Source of the DNA: Octopus bimaculoides
Lineage: Eukaryota
Direction: 5' to 3'
NCBI RefSeq assembly: GCF_001194135.2
Contig: NC_069003.1
Coordinates: 32,228,232 to 32,291,769 of the forward strand
Length of the DNA: 63,538 bases
How positions within the stretch are numbered: position 1 is the stretch's first letter; each line of letters opens with the position of its first letter. A model generated the notes under the pieces. The model worked only from the letters and a program-made list of their open reading frames with translations. It made no database searches and was not told the origin of the DNA. Below, piece after piece: positions 62,421-63,538 of the stretch. The position numbers and the translations under genes are program-made.

Positions 62421-63538
62421 TCAGACACACGCACATATGCATACACGACAGGCTTCCTTTCTTACCTTCTCAAAGATGGCAATATGTGATTTGAAGAAAC
62501 TTGGTTGATATTTCTAGCAGCTGAAAACGACCTTGTAGAAACATCTCCTTTGTTAGCTTTAATATATAAAATGGGTGCATGTGTATTAAAAGCCTACTCG
62601 CTTCTCCAACAATAACTATATACCATAAAACATCCATTTGCGTTTATGCATTTATGGTGAGGTTCAAACGTTGAAACTTTTGATGTGAGTGTATTTTTAA
62701 ATTTCCTTCCTTCAAGACTTGCTAAGCATTTTTGCTTTGCTCAATTTATAGAAACAAAGTCTGCCAGTGCTGTTTACATTGCTATTACTACAAACACAAA
62801 TTGACGTATTAGCTTCACTTTCAGAATATTTGTTATGAACGTTTGACATTGATTTCTCGTATTTTCTTACAGATATTGGCTATTAAAAATACACTATTTT
62901 TCCTGTGACACATTTTTATGATATCATAGAGTTGAGTTAAGACATATTAGTGAGAGAAAAAAAAAGTATCTTTGATTTATAGTTTCAATATAGATTCCTT
63001 TACCTAAAGCATTAATTTGTGTGTGAACTTGTGTTTCTGTACACATTTATAAATGTATGTTTCTTTGAGTGCACATGTTTGTATATATATANNNNNNNNN
63101 NNNNNNNNNNNNNNNNNNNNNNNNNNNNNNNNNNNNNNNNNNNNNNNTGTGTGTGTGTGTGTGTGTAGTTGTGTGTATCTGTGTATATACATGTATATGT
63201 GTGTATATATATATATGTGTGTGTGTGTAGTTGTGTGTATCTGTGTATATACATGTATATGTGTGTATATATATGACATGGATTCTTAGAAGACCACACA
63301 CATATATATATATATATCTATATATATATATATATATATATATATCAAATGGATGTCTTATAAAACTATTCCGCACATACAATGATATATATACATATAT
63401 ATGTGCATGTGTGTGTATGTATAAAAGGGCATGTGCATATATATATATATGCATGCATATATATACATACATCTATTGAGTCATCCCATAAATAATGTGG
63501 TTTTTTAGGACTTCTTTTATTATTTCAAAATTAAGATA

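Noticed and set aside
63150-63275. ~60-bp tandem duplication
   Set aside because: It is made of (TG)/(TA) microsatellite variants beside a gap, so it is ordinary slippage or an assembly effect.

Overview
This is AT-rich (roughly one-third GC) eukaryotic DNA, almost certainly from an octopus. The interspersed repeats match SINE/MITE families I recognise from Octopus genomes, and the assembly gaps sit beside (AT)n runs. I can support no intact protein-coding gene. Nearly every ORF in the supplied track is a translation of microsatellites, N gaps or SINEs. The window looks like a very long intron or gene desert filled with transposon fossils. These include several tRNA-derived SINE families (one appears modular), (GAT)n- and (AAC)n-tailed retroposons, three TTAA-flanked piggyBac-type MITE families, and mariner and hAT MITEs. 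There is also a Helentron-associated (HINE/DINE-1-like) element, a decayed Tc1 transposase (28.8-29.7 kb), a decayed R4-type RLE non-LTR fragment (40.0-40.6 kb) and four RTE LINE 3' ends. Structure not explained by these: a ~2.3 kb foldback with ~330 bp dimeric arms (17.5-19.8 kb), a near-perfect 50 bp palindrome (43281-43330), a few short + strand exon candidates and CpG-retaining unique segments. I found no evidence for a novel multi-gene system. Family labels A-K are my own working names, and repeat boundaries are read by eye and approximate.
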